Positions 40,377-49,698 of a DNA stretch of 64,000 nt are shown here, one piece after another. The translations under genes and the position numbers were made by a program. Each line of letters begins with the position of its first letter. Position 1 is the stretch's first letter. The notes under the pieces were generated by a model. That model made no database searches. It was not told the DNA's origin and saw only the letters and a list, made by a program, of their open reading frames with translations. Origin of the DNA: Deltaproteobacteria bacterium. GTDB taxonomy: Bacteria > Myxococcota_A > Polyangia > Polyangiales > Houyiibacteriaceae. The DNA is taken from positions 32,001 to 96,000 of the forward strand of contig JAXMNT010000018.1 in assembly GCA_034670305.1 (NCBI GenBank). Reading direction: 5' to 3'.

Positions 40377-40462
40377 CTGGATCCCCCGGGTTTCCGAGCC
40401 GCGCCGCGTAGCGATTCGCTACATCCGAGACGGGATGGTCGTTTGTTGTTTGATCGTGCGGC

Positions 40463-41827
40463 TCAGCCGTCGTCCTGGGCACCCCAGCGATCGAGCTTTC
40501 GGTAGAGCGTCCGTCGGTCGACGCCCAGCACCTTGGCCGCCTGGGTCTTGTTGCCTGCGACCGCGCGCAGCACTCGGCGCACGTAGCGCTTCTCGAGCGT
40601 CTCGAGGGTGGGCATCTCCGAGGGGTCTTGGGTGTCGATGACCACCCGCGAACTCTCGAAGGACCGCACCTTCTCTGGCAGGTCGTCGATCGTCAGCTGG
40701 TCGAACCGGGCGAGCGTGACCGCGCGTTCGATGCAGTTCTGAAGCTCGCGCACATTGCCCGGCCAGTCGTACGCGAGGATGCGCTCGGCTGCGGGTTCCG
40801 AGAGTCCTTGGACCGCCCGGCCCGCGGACTCGGCGAACTGGGTGACGAAGTGCTGCGCGAGCCGCAGCACGTCGTGGCCGCGCGCGCGGAGCGGCGGGAG
40901 GTGGATGTTCACGACGTTGACTCGGTAGTAGAGATCTTCGCGGAACTGGCCCTTGGCGATCTCGGCTTCGAGATCTCGGTTGGTCGCGGTGACGATGCGT
41001 GTGTCGAATGGCTTCTCCTCCGAACCGCCGACCGGTCGAACCGTCCGCTCTTGGAGCGCACGCAAGAGCTTCGGCTGAAGCTCGATGTCGAGCTCGCCGA
41101 TCTCGTCCAGAAAGAGTGTGCCGCCGTTGGCATCCAAGAAGAGCCCCTGGCGCGCGCCCTTCGCGTCCGTGAACGCACCCTTCACGTGTCCGAAGAGTTC
41201 GCTCTCGAGCAGGTTCGCCGGCATGGCCGCGCAGTTGATCGCGACGAAGCGCCCGGTGCGCCCGCTGCGTTTGTGCAGCGCGCGCGCGGCGAGCTCCTTG
41301 CCGGTGCCGCTCTCACCACTGACGAGCACGGTGGTGTTGCTGTCACCGATGCGGTCGATCAGGTCGAACACCTCGCGCATCGGCTGGCTGCGACCGAGCA
41401 TGTCGAAGTCGAGGGCCGGGCCTTCCACCTCGCGGCGCAGTCGCCGCACTTCGGCGGTGAGCTCGCGATGGGAGGTGGCGCGTTTCACAGAGGCGCGGAG
41501 TGCGTCCGCGTTGAACGGTTTGCCGAGGTAGTCGTACGCGCCGGCGCGCAAGGCGCCGATCGCGGTGTCGATGGTCGAGTAGCCCGTCATCACCACGACC
41601 GGGATGTCCGGGCGTCCCGAGATGACGGACTCGCAGAGCTTCAGGCCGCTGCCTTCTCCGATGCGGAGGTCGGTGAGCACCAAGTCGAGATCGTCGATCG
41701 CTTTGGCGAGCCGGGTTCCATCCTCTTCGGTGGCTGCGGTGGTGACCGTGTAGCCCTCGCGTTCGAGGAGGTGCTGGGCCAGTTCGAGGATCTCTCGTTC
41801 GTCGTCGACGATCAGTACGTGGGTCAT
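40463..41827 (-). CDS. NtrC/AtoC-family sigma54-dependent response regulator
   Basis: REC (VLIVDDE, LTD, KPF), [36 protein letters not shown]. Confidence 0.96.
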   Translation of the reverse strand: MTHVLIVDDEREILELAQHLLEREGYTVTTAATEEDGTRLAKAIDDLDLVLTDLRIGEGSGLKLCESVISGRPDIPVVVMTGYSTIDTAIGALRAGAYDYLGKPFNADALRASVKRATSHRELTAEVRRLRREVEGPALDFDMLGRSQPMREVFDLIDRIGDSNTTVLVSGESGTGKELAARALHKRSGRTGRFVAINCAAMPANLLESELFGHVKGAFTDAKGARQGLFLDANGGTLFLDEIGELDIELQPKLLRALQERTVRPVGGSEEKPFDTRIVTATNRDLEAEIAKGQFREDLYYRVNVVNIHLPPLRARGHDVLRLAQHFVTQFAESAGRAVQGLSEPAAERILAYDWPGNVRELQNCIERAVTLARFDQLTIDDLPEKVRSFESSRVVIDTQDPSEMPTLETLEKRYVRRVLRAVAGNKTQAAKVLGVDRRTLYRKLDRWGAQDDG

Positions 41828-41840
41828 GTGGGTCCGTCTT

Positions 41841-41857
41841 TGCGATGTTCGTGCCAC
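41841..41857 (-). promoter_or_regulatory. sigma54 promoter (response regulator, possibly autoregulated)
   Basis: GTGGCACGAACATCGCA; -12 C is 15 nt from ATG. Confidence 0.7.
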
Positions 41858-41922
41858 ACATTTTCATGCGGTTTGTGCCTGAGAATGACACAACTGCGAC
41901 ACCGAGAGGCAAAACGCCACGC

Positions 41923-41997
41923 CACTGCGGTTCCCAAGGTCAGCACTGCGGTTCCGGAGGCCAGCACTGCGGTTCCTGGGGCCCGCACCGCGGGGCC
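41923..41997. repeat. 21-nt-period direct repeats CACTGCGGTTCC
   Basis: exact copies at 41923, 41944, 41965; degenerate copy at 41986. Confidence 0.85.
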
Positions 41998-42303
41998 CTA
42001 TCGCGGCCCGACGAACCGCCAGTCGAACCCACGGTCCACTGCGGATTGGGTAGGCCCTGGGTACACGATCCATCGGCGGGCCTCGAGCTGCGCCACGATC
42101 TGTTCGGCCTCGAGCAACGAACAACCGATGATCTCGCTGACCGAGTCGCGGATGGCGGTCCGGCCGGCCAGGTAGCCCGGTGGAGGAGCGGGACGGAGCG
42201 CGACCTCGCGGAGGAGCTCCGCGAGGTCGAGTCTGCCTTCGGCGAACGCGTCGCCACGGTCGTCCGTGTCGAACGGACCTTCGCTGGAGTCCACCACCTT
42301 CAC
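41998..42303 (-). CDS. small hypothetical protein (winged-helix-like)
   Basis: GTG overlaps dps stop; GYLAGRTAIRDSV..GCSLLEAEQIV..LE..WI. Confidence 0.65.
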   Translation of the reverse strand: MKVVDSSEGPFDTDDRGDAFAEGRLDLAELLREVALRPAPPPGYLAGRTAIRDSVSEIIGCSLLEAEQIVAQLEARRWIVYPGPTQSAVDRGFDWRFVGPR

Positions 42304-42860
42304 GAGGGGGTGCTTCCGAGTCGAGGGGCCGCGACCGGTTGTTTGCCGGCCAGCCGATGACGTTCGGGGTGCGAGAGGCGCTGGAGGGTCGACGCCCTCA
42401 GCATCCATGCGTGTTTCTCCAGACCGGTGAGCACACCGATCAGCAGGTCGTGGCTCCCGACGTCCATGGGTTCGAGGATCGAGAGGCGATCTCGAATCGC
42501 GGCGGCCGTCATGAGCAGCCGCTCCACCATGAGGTGGGCGGCATCTTCGTCTTGAACGAAGAAGGTGGGCGGTGCGGGCAGGGTCGTCGACGCGCTGATC
42601 TGCTGGGCGGTGCCGATGGGGGCGACGCCCAAGGCGGAGCAGCGCTCCGCGACGTCGTCGCTCCACGCGCGCACATCCGCAACGATCTCATCGAGGTGCA
42701 TGTGCAAGGGGCGGAAGGACGGACCGACGACGGTCCAGTGAAGTTGTTTGCTCTGGAGGGCGACGTCGATGAGCTGCACGAGCGTGGCTTGCAGTTCGGC
42801 CGCGACGGCGTCGCGGTGGGCGTCGGAGAGGGTGGTTTCGAATCGATGGTCGATGATCAT
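42300..42860 (-). CDS. dps: Dps-family ferritin-like protein
   Basis: KQLHWTVVGPSFRPLHMHLDE..DDVAER, LEKHAWML. Confidence 0.9.
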   Translation of the reverse strand: MIIDHRFETTLSDAHRDAVAAELQATLVQLIDVALQSKQLHWTVVGPSFRPLHMHLDEIVADVRAWSDDVAERCSALGVAPIGTAQQISASTTLPAPPTFFVQDEDAAHLMVERLLMTAAAIRDRLSILEPMDVGSHDLLIGVLTGLEKHAWMLRASTLQRLSHPERHRLAGKQPVAAPRLGSTPS

Positions 42861-42872
42861 GCATCGAGGTAG

Positions 42873-42889
42873 TGCAAGCCCTGGTCCAC
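42873..42889 (-). promoter_or_regulatory. sigma54 promoter (dps)
   Basis: GTGGACCAGGGCTTGCA; -12 C is 14 nt from ATG. Confidence 0.7.
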
Positions 42890-43029
42890 CCACCCAGACC
42901 CGGCGTTTTCGTCGGCCTCCGTGGCGGCTTGCCCCGGGTGGGGCACTCGGTCCGCCGCAGTTGCGGGGAATGCACCCCCTCCGATCACTCGGCGCTTGCT
43001 CCCGCCCCGAAAGCCAGCGAAAGAAGAGG

Positions 43030-44517
43030 ATGATTCCGGTCCTGGAGCTGCCCCTGGCCAACGCGGGAGACGTCTCGTTCGCGCGCGGTCGAGCGTTCCG
43101 ACTGGCGAGCAAACTCGACCTCTCCCCACCGGACAAGACCCGTGTGGCGGTGGTCGCGGGCGAGCTTGCGCAGCGTGGGTTCGAGACCAAGCCAGCGACA
43201 CTCACGCTCGGCATCGACCGAGACGATCTCTGGCTTCAGCTGCGCGTCCCCGGCGGCATCGACTTCGACGAAGAGCTTCTGGGTGCGAGCCAGCTCCTCG
43301 ACGATGCGGCGCACGAGCAGGACACCCTGGTGTTGAAAACGAAGTTGCCGAACCCGCCCGTCTTGACGGATGCGTACGTCGCGGCCCTTCGGATCGAGTT
43401 GCTCGCGAGCGACCCAGGCGACGCGCCGGCGTCGGTCAAACGTCAGAACCGCGAGCTCGTGCTCGCACTCGCGGAGCAGGAGGCGTCTGCCGCCGCACTT
43501 CGGGCCAGCGAAGAACGGCTCAAACTGGCGGTGCGCGCGGCTGGTCTCGGTAGCTGGGAACTCGACGAGGACGAACTCATTCTGTCTCAGCGTGCCGCCA
43601 AACTGCTGGATGTTCAGGGCGACGTCACGCTCGACATGCTGGCGGCGAAGCTCGGTCCGCGAGGGGCAGAGTTGCTCGAAGCGCTCGAGCTGCTGCAGGC
43701 ATCGGGCGAGCCGCTGCACGTGGAGTTCAAGATGCCAAGCGGACGCTGGCTCGCGTTTCACGGGGCGCGGCTGACGAACAAACGAAAGAAACGTCGTCGC
43801 ATCACCGGCGCGGTGCTCGATGTCACCGAACACCGGGAGCGCGAAGAAGAGATGCGCAAGCGGCTCGATTTCGAACGCCAGCTCGTCGGCATCGTCAGCC
43901 ACGACTTGAAGTCCCCCCTCACCGCGATCTCGATGGGCGCGAGCATGCTCGAGGGCGCTGACGACTTCGTCGTCGACCGCATCAAGCACTCGGTGAAGCG
44001 CGCGCAACAGCTCATCTACGACCTGCTCGACTTCACGCACGCCCGGCTCGGCAGCGGCATTCCGATCTCCCCGCAGCGCACCGACATCGCGCAGGTCGTC
44101 GCGACGACCGTGGAACAGATGCAGTTCGCGCACCCAGACCATACGTTCGAACTCTTGCCGTACGGGGCCGTCTTCGCGATGGCCGACGAACCGCGGCTCG
44201 AACAGGTCGTGACGAACCTGCTGGCCAACGCGGTGGAGTACGGTGACTCGAAGCGGCCGATCGTCGTGCGCTGCTTCGAAGAAGACGGGCTGGCCATCGT
44301 CTCGGTGCGCAACGAAGGCGAGCCCATCGACCAGGATCGCGTGCACACCATCTTCGAGCCGCTCGAACGCGACGAGCCCGCCGAGAGCGGTTCGCTCGGG
44401 CTCGGACTCTTCATCGTCGATCAACTCGTGCGTGCGCACGAGGGCGAAGTGGAGGTGCATTCGGGCGAGGACGGAACCGAGTTCCAGGTGCGCCTCCCGC
44501 TGGCAGCGGGCGCCTAG
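43030..44517 (+). CDS. cytoplasmic sensor histidine kinase: degenerate RsbT-like N-terminus, PAS, HisKA, HATPase
   Basis: DVSFARGRA..DKTRVAVVAGELA; SEERLKLAVRAAGLGSWE; SHDLKSPL; NLLANA; GLGLFIV. Confidence 0.92.
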   Translation: MIPVLELPLANAGDVSFARGRAFRLASKLDLSPPDKTRVAVVAGELAQRGFETKPATLTLGIDRDDLWLQLRVPGGIDFDEELLGASQLLDDAAHEQDTLVLKTKLPNPPVLTDAYVAALRIELLASDPGDAPASVKRQNRELVLALAEQEASAAALRASEERLKLAVRAAGLGSWELDEDELILSQRAAKLLDVQGDVTLDMLAAKLGPRGAELLEALELLQASGEPLHVEFKMPSGRWLAFHGARLTNKRKKRRRITGAVLDVTEHREREEEMRKRLDFERQLVGIVSHDLKSPLTAISMGASMLEGADDFVVDRIKHSVKRAQQLIYDLLDFTHARLGSGIPISPQRTDIAQVVATTVEQMQFAHPDHTFELLPYGAVFAMADEPRLEQVVTNLLANAVEYGDSKRPIVVRCFEEDGLAIVSVRNEGEPIDQDRVHTIFEPLERDEPAESGSLGLGLFIVDQLVRAHEGEVEVHSGEDGTEFQVRLPLAAGA

Positions 44518-44530
44518 AGCGCGGAGAGTT

Positions 44531-45064
44531 TCACCCCTCCGAATCGGCGGTGGCGGCGTGTCGGTACGCGCGCTGCAACAACTCGCGCCCCGCGTGGGTG
44601 GTCTCGAGCGTCGCCAGCCGCGCGGTGTTCAGCGCGAGTTCCAACCAGCGGTCCAGCGCGCTCCGGGTGCTCTCGTGAAGGGAGACGGGCGTCGAGCGGA
44701 GCAAGCGCAGACTGTGGAGTCGACCCTCGAGCTGGGCGTAGGCGCGGGCGAGTTTCCGCACCATGCGGCGGTCGCGGCCGAGGTCGTGGAGGAGTCGAAC
44801 CACGCTGGCGTCGAGACCTCGTTTGTGGGCATGCAAGGGCGCCAGAAACGCGTCCAGCGTGTCCGCACGCGAATCGGGGTCGGATGTGAGCGCAGCTTGC
44901 AAGCGCACGCGGAGCAGGTCCGCCTGCGCCTTCAGGTCGTCCTCCAGCCCCGTGAGATTCAGCATCCCCGCGTCGCGTGTTTCCGCGCACGGGTGCACGC
45001 CGCTGGGCGAATCCTCGGTCCCGTCTTCCTGGGTAGATGATTGCAGTTTGGGTGCTTGTTCCAT
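44531..45064 (-). CDS. hypothetical helical protein
   Basis: RBS gaagga; own sigma54 motif; coherent helical sequence. Confidence 0.65.
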   Translation of the reverse strand: MEQAPKLQSSTQEDGTEDSPSGVHPCAETRDAGMLNLTGLEDDLKAQADLLRVRLQAALTSDPDSRADTLDAFLAPLHAHKRGLDASVVRLLHDLGRDRRMVRKLARAYAQLEGRLHSLRLLRSTPVSLHESTRSALDRWLELALNTARLATLETTHAGRELLQRAYRHAATADSEG

Positions 45065-45100
45065 GGTCGTTCCTTCACGTGACGCATCGCGGGAAAGAGG

Positions 45101-45117
45101 TGCAACTCCCGGTCCAG
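45101..45117 (-). promoter_or_regulatory. sigma54 promoter
   Basis: CTGGACCGGGAGTTGCA; leadered (38 nt to ATG, SD present). Confidence 0.65.
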
Positions 45118-45235
45118 CCGGAACACGCCCGACCGCACATGTCACCGGGGCACATCGCCCCGAGCGTGTCGCATCGCCCCCGCGTTCCGACCACGGCCGC
45201 ACGGTTCTGCCTCCTGATCCACCGCGGTCGGCGGG

Positions 45236-45252
45236 TCGGCACGGACTTCGCA
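45236..45252 (+). promoter_or_regulatory. sigma54 promoter
   Basis: TCGGCACGGACTTCGCA; -12 C is 15 nt from ATG 45266. Confidence 0.6.
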
Positions 45253-45265
45253 ATGCACCCTGGTC

Positions 45266-45742
45266 ATGACCAAGACACACAAGACCCTTCTGGTGGCGGC
45301 GTCGCTCTTCTTCGGCGTCGCATGTAGCGAATCGACGGAAGACGCACTCGAGATGACCGCCGCGTCTGCGCGCAACGACCTGGTCGCAACCGGGGTGGCC
45401 GCGCACGAGGTGGTCGAGGAGACCCACGAGGCCGTGGACGACGAAGCCGCCGCCGCGCTCCTCGCGTTGCGGACCGCCGACCAAGCGCTGACGGAACGCG
45501 CCCGCGAGGCCGCCGACCGCCTCCAGGAGACCGACGAAGAAGCCGCCGACGCGCTCCGAGCGGCCGCCGCCGAAGCGGAGGCCGCCAATGTCCGCACGGG
45601 TCAAGCCATCGTGCGCGAGACCCGCGGCGCGGCGGCTGAGATTCGAGCCGAGGCCCGCGCACTCGGCCGCGGTGCCGCCGCCACAGTGCGCGAAGCGGAC
45701 CAAGCCGGCGAACGCGCCGAAGAGGCCGCCGAGCGCGAATGA
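45266..45742 (+). CDS. Ala/Glu-rich helical lipoprotein (LEA/stress-like)
   Basis: lipobox FGVA/C; low-complexity A/E/R helix. Confidence 0.75.
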   Translation: MTKTHKTLLVAASLFFGVACSESTEDALEMTAASARNDLVATGVAAHEVVEETHEAVDDEAAAALLALRTADQALTERAREAADRLQETDEEAADALRAAAAEAEAANVRTGQAIVRETRGAAAEIRAEARALGRGAAATVREADQAGERAEEAAERE

Positions 45743-45814
45743 CTCGGGCACGCTCCTCCATACATACACTTTTCATTCACTGACTCCCACAGCCCCGTTC
45801 TCGAAAGGAACCCC

Positions 45815-45982
45815 ATGCTTCGCTGGTCCATTACATTTTTCATCCTCGCGTTCGTTGCAGCCGTCTTCGGATTTGGAGGCATCGCAGCCGGCGCGGTCTC
45901 GATCGGCAAGATCCTCTTCGTCGGATTCCTGATCATCGCCATCGCCACCCTCATCATGGGGCGACTGCCCCGCGAAACGTGA
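45815..45982 (+). CDS. DUF1328 / UPF0391 small membrane protein (absent from the ORF track)
   Basis: MLRWSITFFILAFVAAVFGFGGIAAGAVSIGKILFVGFLII..; RBS aagga. Confidence 0.93.
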   Translation: MLRWSITFFILAFVAAVFGFGGIAAGAVSIGKILFVGFLIIAIATLIMGRLPRET

Positions 45983-46007
45983 ACTGAACGCGCTCGCCCC
46001 CAAGCCA

Positions 46008-46052
46008 GGCGACGGCCGCCTCACCTCCGGGTGGGGCGGCCGTCGCCGTTCT
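46008..46052 (+). terminator. hairpin terminator after DUF1328
   Basis: ggcgacggccgcctcacc-tccg-ggtggggcggccgtcgcc then gttct. Confidence 0.65.
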
Positions 46053-46103
46053 CGTACGCGGTGCTGGTGCGCCCCACCGGCCCTCACTGCCTACCACGCG
46101 AGA

Positions 46104-46120
46104 TTGGCACAGGGTGTGCG
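46104..46120 (+). promoter_or_regulatory. sigma54 promoter
   Basis: TTGGCACAGGGTGTGCG; -12 C is 14 nt from ATG 46133. Confidence 0.7.
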
Positions 46121-46132
46121 TTCAGTGGCGAT

Positions 46133-46888
46133 ATGCCTCCCACGACCCACGGCCATTCATTCGCCACACTTAGGCGCCTTCTTGCGGTGCTGGCGCTCTT
46201 CTCCATCGCGATCCCGGCCGAAGCACAGCGCGACCCCCGCGGCGACGCACCGTCCAACGCCTCCTCGCCCAACGAGGTCGCGCAGCCAGGCGAGCCGATC
46301 GGGGACGACGACATGAACCTCGAGACCGCGACGCCCGATCCCTCTCCGCCGGTTCCGCGGATCCTCCAGCGCGACATGTCCGAGGCTCGCTTGGACGTCA
46401 TCGAACAAGCGGGCGTCGGTGGCCCGACCGCGTATGCCTCTGCTGGCGTGCTCGAAGTCGGCGGCACCGGATCGTTGTTCGCGACCGACGAGTACGTCGG
46501 AGCGCGGCTCGCCCCGTTCGTCGGCTGGTTTCTCTTCGACGGCATCGAGCTCAGCTACATCCACGAGATCTACGGCGGTGCGTTCCAAGGCGAACGGTTC
46601 TTCGGCACCGTGCTCTACATCGAACTCAGCGCGCACCTGCGTTTCGGAGATCGTTTGCTCGGCTTCCTCGGCCTCGCGCCGGGACTTCTCTACAACGGCG
46701 AGGACACCGGCTTCGCGATCAAACCGCGCATGGGCTTCGACGTGCTCGTCGGCCGCTCGGGCATCTTCCGGCCGGACATCTACTTCGTATGGGCCACCGA
46801 TCCACTCATCGTGCCGGTGAACCACCCGGCCGCGCCGAGCGCGCGTTGGGGCTACGGACTCGAGATCAGCTACGCCGCGATGTTCTGA
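46133..46888 (+). CDS. putative outer-membrane beta-barrel protein
   Basis: signal peptide ..PAEA/Q; amphipathic strands; C-terminal YAAMF. Confidence 0.75.
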   Translation: MPPTTHGHSFATLRRLLAVLALFSIAIPAEAQRDPRGDAPSNASSPNEVAQPGEPIGDDDMNLETATPDPSPPVPRILQRDMSEARLDVIEQAGVGGPTAYASAGVLEVGGTGSLFATDEYVGARLAPFVGWFLFDGIELSYIHEIYGGAFQGERFFGTVLYIELSAHLRFGDRLLGFLGLAPGLLYNGEDTGFAIKPRMGFDVLVGRSGIFRPDIYFVWATDPLIVPVNHPAAPSARWGYGLEISYAAMF

Positions 46889-46963
46889 GCGGCTGTGGCG
46901 TGGCGCTTCGCCCCGCCGTCGCAGGGCCGCCCCAACCCCTGAGTTCAACCATGCACGAAGCCA

Positions 46964-46980
46964 CCGGCACGGCACCTGCA
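46964..46980 (+). promoter_or_regulatory. sigma54 promoter
   Basis: CCGGCACGGCACCTGCA; -12 C is 14 nt from ATG 46993. Confidence 0.7.
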
Positions 46981-46992
46981 CTACCCAACGAC

Positions 46993-47574
46993 ATGAACCT
47001 GATGAACACCCCACTCGCCTGGTTGCTCGTCCTTCCCGCCGCCTGTGCCCATGGTTCGGGCGTCGAGGCCGAGACGACCTCCGCCACCACCCCGTCCGAG
47101 TACGCTGCCGAGGCGGCGTACCCAGAGCCGATCGCCGTCGTCACGACCGGCGTTCGAGACCAGGACGGCGACCCGTCGATGGTTGAAGTCGACGTCTCGC
47201 TCGCTGCCCCCGCGCTCCCTCCGGAACCGGTCGTGAGCCAGGACGTGTGCCCTGAGCCGCTGGTCTACTTTGCGCTCGACTCGGCCGTGCTCGATGCCGA
47301 TGCGCAGCATCGACTCGCGGAGTTCGCCGAGTGCGCCCGTTCGGTGGAAGCAGAGCGCATCCGCGTCTCCGGCCACGCCGACCCGCAGGGCACCGACGCC
47401 TACAACCGCCGCCTCGCCCTCGAGCGCGCACAGCAGGTGGAGCAGCACCTTCGCGACGAGCTCGGTCTGACCGTCCCCATCGAGGTCGCAGCCCACGGCG
47501 AAGACCGCGCCCGCAACCGAGTGCTCTGGCCCAACGACCGTCGCGTCGAGGTCGAGCTCATCGAAGGCAGCTGA
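46993..47574 (+). CDS. OmpA-like peptidoglycan-binding lipoprotein
   Basis: lipobox PAA/C; VYFALDS, GHADPQG..YNRRLALERA, NDRRVEV. Confidence 0.9.
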   Translation: MNLMNTPLAWLLVLPAACAHGSGVEAETTSATTPSEYAAEAAYPEPIAVVTTGVRDQDGDPSMVEVDVSLAAPALPPEPVVSQDVCPEPLVYFALDSAVLDADAQHRLAEFAECARSVEAERIRVSGHADPQGTDAYNRRLALERAQQVEQHLRDELGLTVPIEVAAHGEDRARNRVLWPNDRRVEVELIEGS

Positions 47575-47630
47575 CACCCGCTGCAGTCCCTCCAACCCTT
47601 TCACTCCGAAACCCACCCCCAAGGAACCCC

Positions 47631-47870
47631 ATGAATCAGAAACAAGAACTCAAAGCCCGTGTCACCGCGAAAAAGAAGGAACTCGAAGCCCGGCTGGCCA
47701 CGCTCCGCGCCGACGCAGGAGCGGCTGCCCGCGATGAACGCGCCAAGATCGAGTCGAAGTTGAGCGAGCTCAAGACATCGATGACCGACGGTTGGAACGA
47801 CCTGACCGAAGACGTCTCGGCCAAGCTCAACGGCTGGCTGAAGGACGACAATCCCGACATCAACGCGTGA
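47631..47870 (+). CDS. small coiled-coil protein (stress-associated type)
   Basis: RBS aagga; MNQKQELKARV...GWNDLTEDVSAKLNGWLK. Confidence 0.75.
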   Translation: MNQKQELKARVTAKKKELEARLATLRADAGAAARDERAKIESKLSELKTSMTDGWNDLTEDVSAKLNGWLKDDNPDINA

Positions 47871-48050
47871 CCCGGTGGGTTCTCACCGAACCCATCCCCG
47901 AACAAACAAGACGGCGGCCCAGCAGACATCTGTTGGGCCGCCGTCGTTTGGTGGCCAGCGTGCGCTCCGGGCGGCGACTGAGGCGTGGAGGCGATCGTGC
48001 CACACGCGTGGCGTGGCGCCCCACCCGGGTCCGTTTCTCGGTGTTTGAGG

Positions 48051-48067
48051 CCGGTACGGTTGCTGCA
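48051..48067 (+). promoter_or_regulatory. sigma54 promoter
   Basis: CCGGTACGGTTGCTGCA; -12 C is 14 nt from ATG 48080. Confidence 0.65.
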
Positions 48068-48079
48068 AATACCCTCCGC

Positions 48080-48703
48080 ATGAAAATGAACATCACACAC
48101 AAGCCGACTTCGTTCGCTGTGGTGTGCGCTCTGTCCGCCTGTGGGCATTCGACCGCGCCACCAGCGAGCACGACCCCCGAACCCGCACCGCCGCTGAGCG
48201 CCGTGATGGAGACCGAGCCTCTGCAAGAGATCGAAGTCGCCGCGCACACACCGTCGACCGAACGAGACGCCTTGGTGCCGATCGACGAGTCGCGCTGGAC
48301 CGGACGCGAGGCGCTGACGCTCGAAGGCAACGATCTGATCGTCGACCGACTCGCCGTTCGCAGCCTCCCCGACGGAGTCCGCGCGTACCGCGTCTCGACC
48401 CAGCCGGAGACCTTCGAGCTCCGCAACGAAGAGGGGCGCCTCGCGGTCATCGAACGCCAGACCTGGAGCTCGGTCGCACAACCCGGCGCCCACCCCATCG
48501 GTCCGGTGCGGGTGCGCGAACGCGCCGTTCAGCTCGACGACTGGGACGGGGAACGCGCCAACGTGATCCTGCAGCACTGGTCGGACGACATGTACGTCTA
48601 CACGGTGGAGCATCTGCCAGACGCCGCGTGGGTCGGCCTGCAGCTCGACCTCGACCCGACCCTCCGCGCGACCGCGTCTGCCAACAATGAGGTGGCACAG
48701 TGA
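48080..48703 (+). CDS. hypothetical lipoprotein
   Basis: lipobox LSA/C; stop overlaps the mscS GTG. Confidence 0.7.
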   Translation: MKMNITHKPTSFAVVCALSACGHSTAPPASTTPEPAPPLSAVMETEPLQEIEVAAHTPSTERDALVPIDESRWTGREALTLEGNDLIVDRLAVRSLPDGVRAYRVSTQPETFELRNEEGRLAVIERQTWSSVAQPGAHPIGPVRVRERAVQLDDWDGERANVILQHWSDDMYVYTVEHLPDAAWVGLQLDLDPTLRATASANNEVAQ

Positions 48704-49626
48704 AATCGTTCTCAGAACTCTACAACCGCCTCCTCGAAACCCTCAACAGCTGGCTGACCGACGGGGTCGCCTGGGCGCCCCGCCTACTCGTCGCCCTCGT
48801 TGTCCTCGGCATCTTCTGGATGCTCGGCAAGGGCGTGCGCCGCGGCGTGACGAAGGCCCTCGCCCGCACGAAGATGTCGGCCAGCGCCTCCGATCTCTTG
48901 GCACGCGCGGCACACTTCATCGTCATCCTGGCTGGGCTGATGGCCACCCTGAGCGTGCTTCAGCTCGATGAAGCGGTGACCGGCGTGCTCGCGGGTGCCG
49001 GTGTCGTCGGCCTCGCGCTTGGATTCGCCTTTCAAGACCTTGCGTCCAACCTCATCAGCGGCGTCGGGCTCTCGGTTCGCCATCCGTTCCGACAGGGCGA
49101 CATCATCGAATCCAACGGCGTGCTCGGTGTGGCCGAGAGCATCGAACTGCGGGTGACCGTCATCCGCACCCTCGACGGCAAACGCGTCATGGTGCCCAAC
49201 AAGAAGATCTTCCAGGACGTGCTCATCAACCACAGCACCTCCGGCACGAGGCGCGTGGAAGTCGCGTGCGGCGTCTCCTACGACACCGATCTCGACATGG
49301 CGAAGGCGACCGCGCTCGAAGCGCTCGGTCAGCTCGAGTGCCTGATCGACGGACGCGAACCCGAAGTCTTCTTCGGAGAGTTCGGCGACAGCTCGATCAA
49401 CTTCGACGCCCGGGTCTGGATCGCATACGAGAGCCAGCTCGACTACCTCCGCGCGAAGGACGAACTCGTGCGGGCCCTCAAGAAGGCATTCGACGCCAAG
49501 GGCATCGACATCCCGTTCCCGATTCGAACCCTCGAACTCGGCGAGTCCGCCTCCGCCACCATCACCCAGCTCCGCAAACTCGAGAGCCTTGGTGGAGACG
49601 ACGACACGAGCCAAGAAGCCGCCTGA
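48700..49626 (+). CDS. mscS: small-conductance mechanosensitive channel
   Basis: GLALGFAFQDLASNLISG, PFRQGDII, VPN, GVSYDTD, IDIPFP. Confidence 0.95.
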   Translation: MKSFSELYNRLLETLNSWLTDGVAWAPRLLVALVVLGIFWMLGKGVRRGVTKALARTKMSASASDLLARAAHFIVILAGLMATLSVLQLDEAVTGVLAGAGVVGLALGFAFQDLASNLISGVGLSVRHPFRQGDIIESNGVLGVAESIELRVTVIRTLDGKRVMVPNKKIFQDVLINHSTSGTRRVEVACGVSYDTDLDMAKATALEALGQLECLIDGREPEVFFGEFGDSSINFDARVWIAYESQLDYLRAKDELVRALKKAFDAKGIDIPFPIRTLELGESASATITQLRKLESLGGDDDTSQEAA

Positions 49627-49663
49627 CCCAGGCGCCAACGCACCCCGAAGTGCAACACCCCAG

Positions 49664-49698
49664 GCGGCCGTTCCCGAAAGGGAGCGGCCGTTTTCTTT
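49664..49698 (+). terminator. intrinsic terminator
   Basis: gcggccgttccc-gaaa-gggagcggccgt followed by tttcttt. Confidence 0.85.

Noticed and set aside
41923-41997. CRISPR-like mini-array
   Set aside because: 12-nt repeat with 9-nt spacers; no cas genes. No CRISPR array was seen anywhere in the window
42940-42956. sigma54 promoter for the histidine kinase (GGGGCACTCGGTCCGCC)
   Set aside because: Poor -12 element in GC-rich context; not counted among the nine
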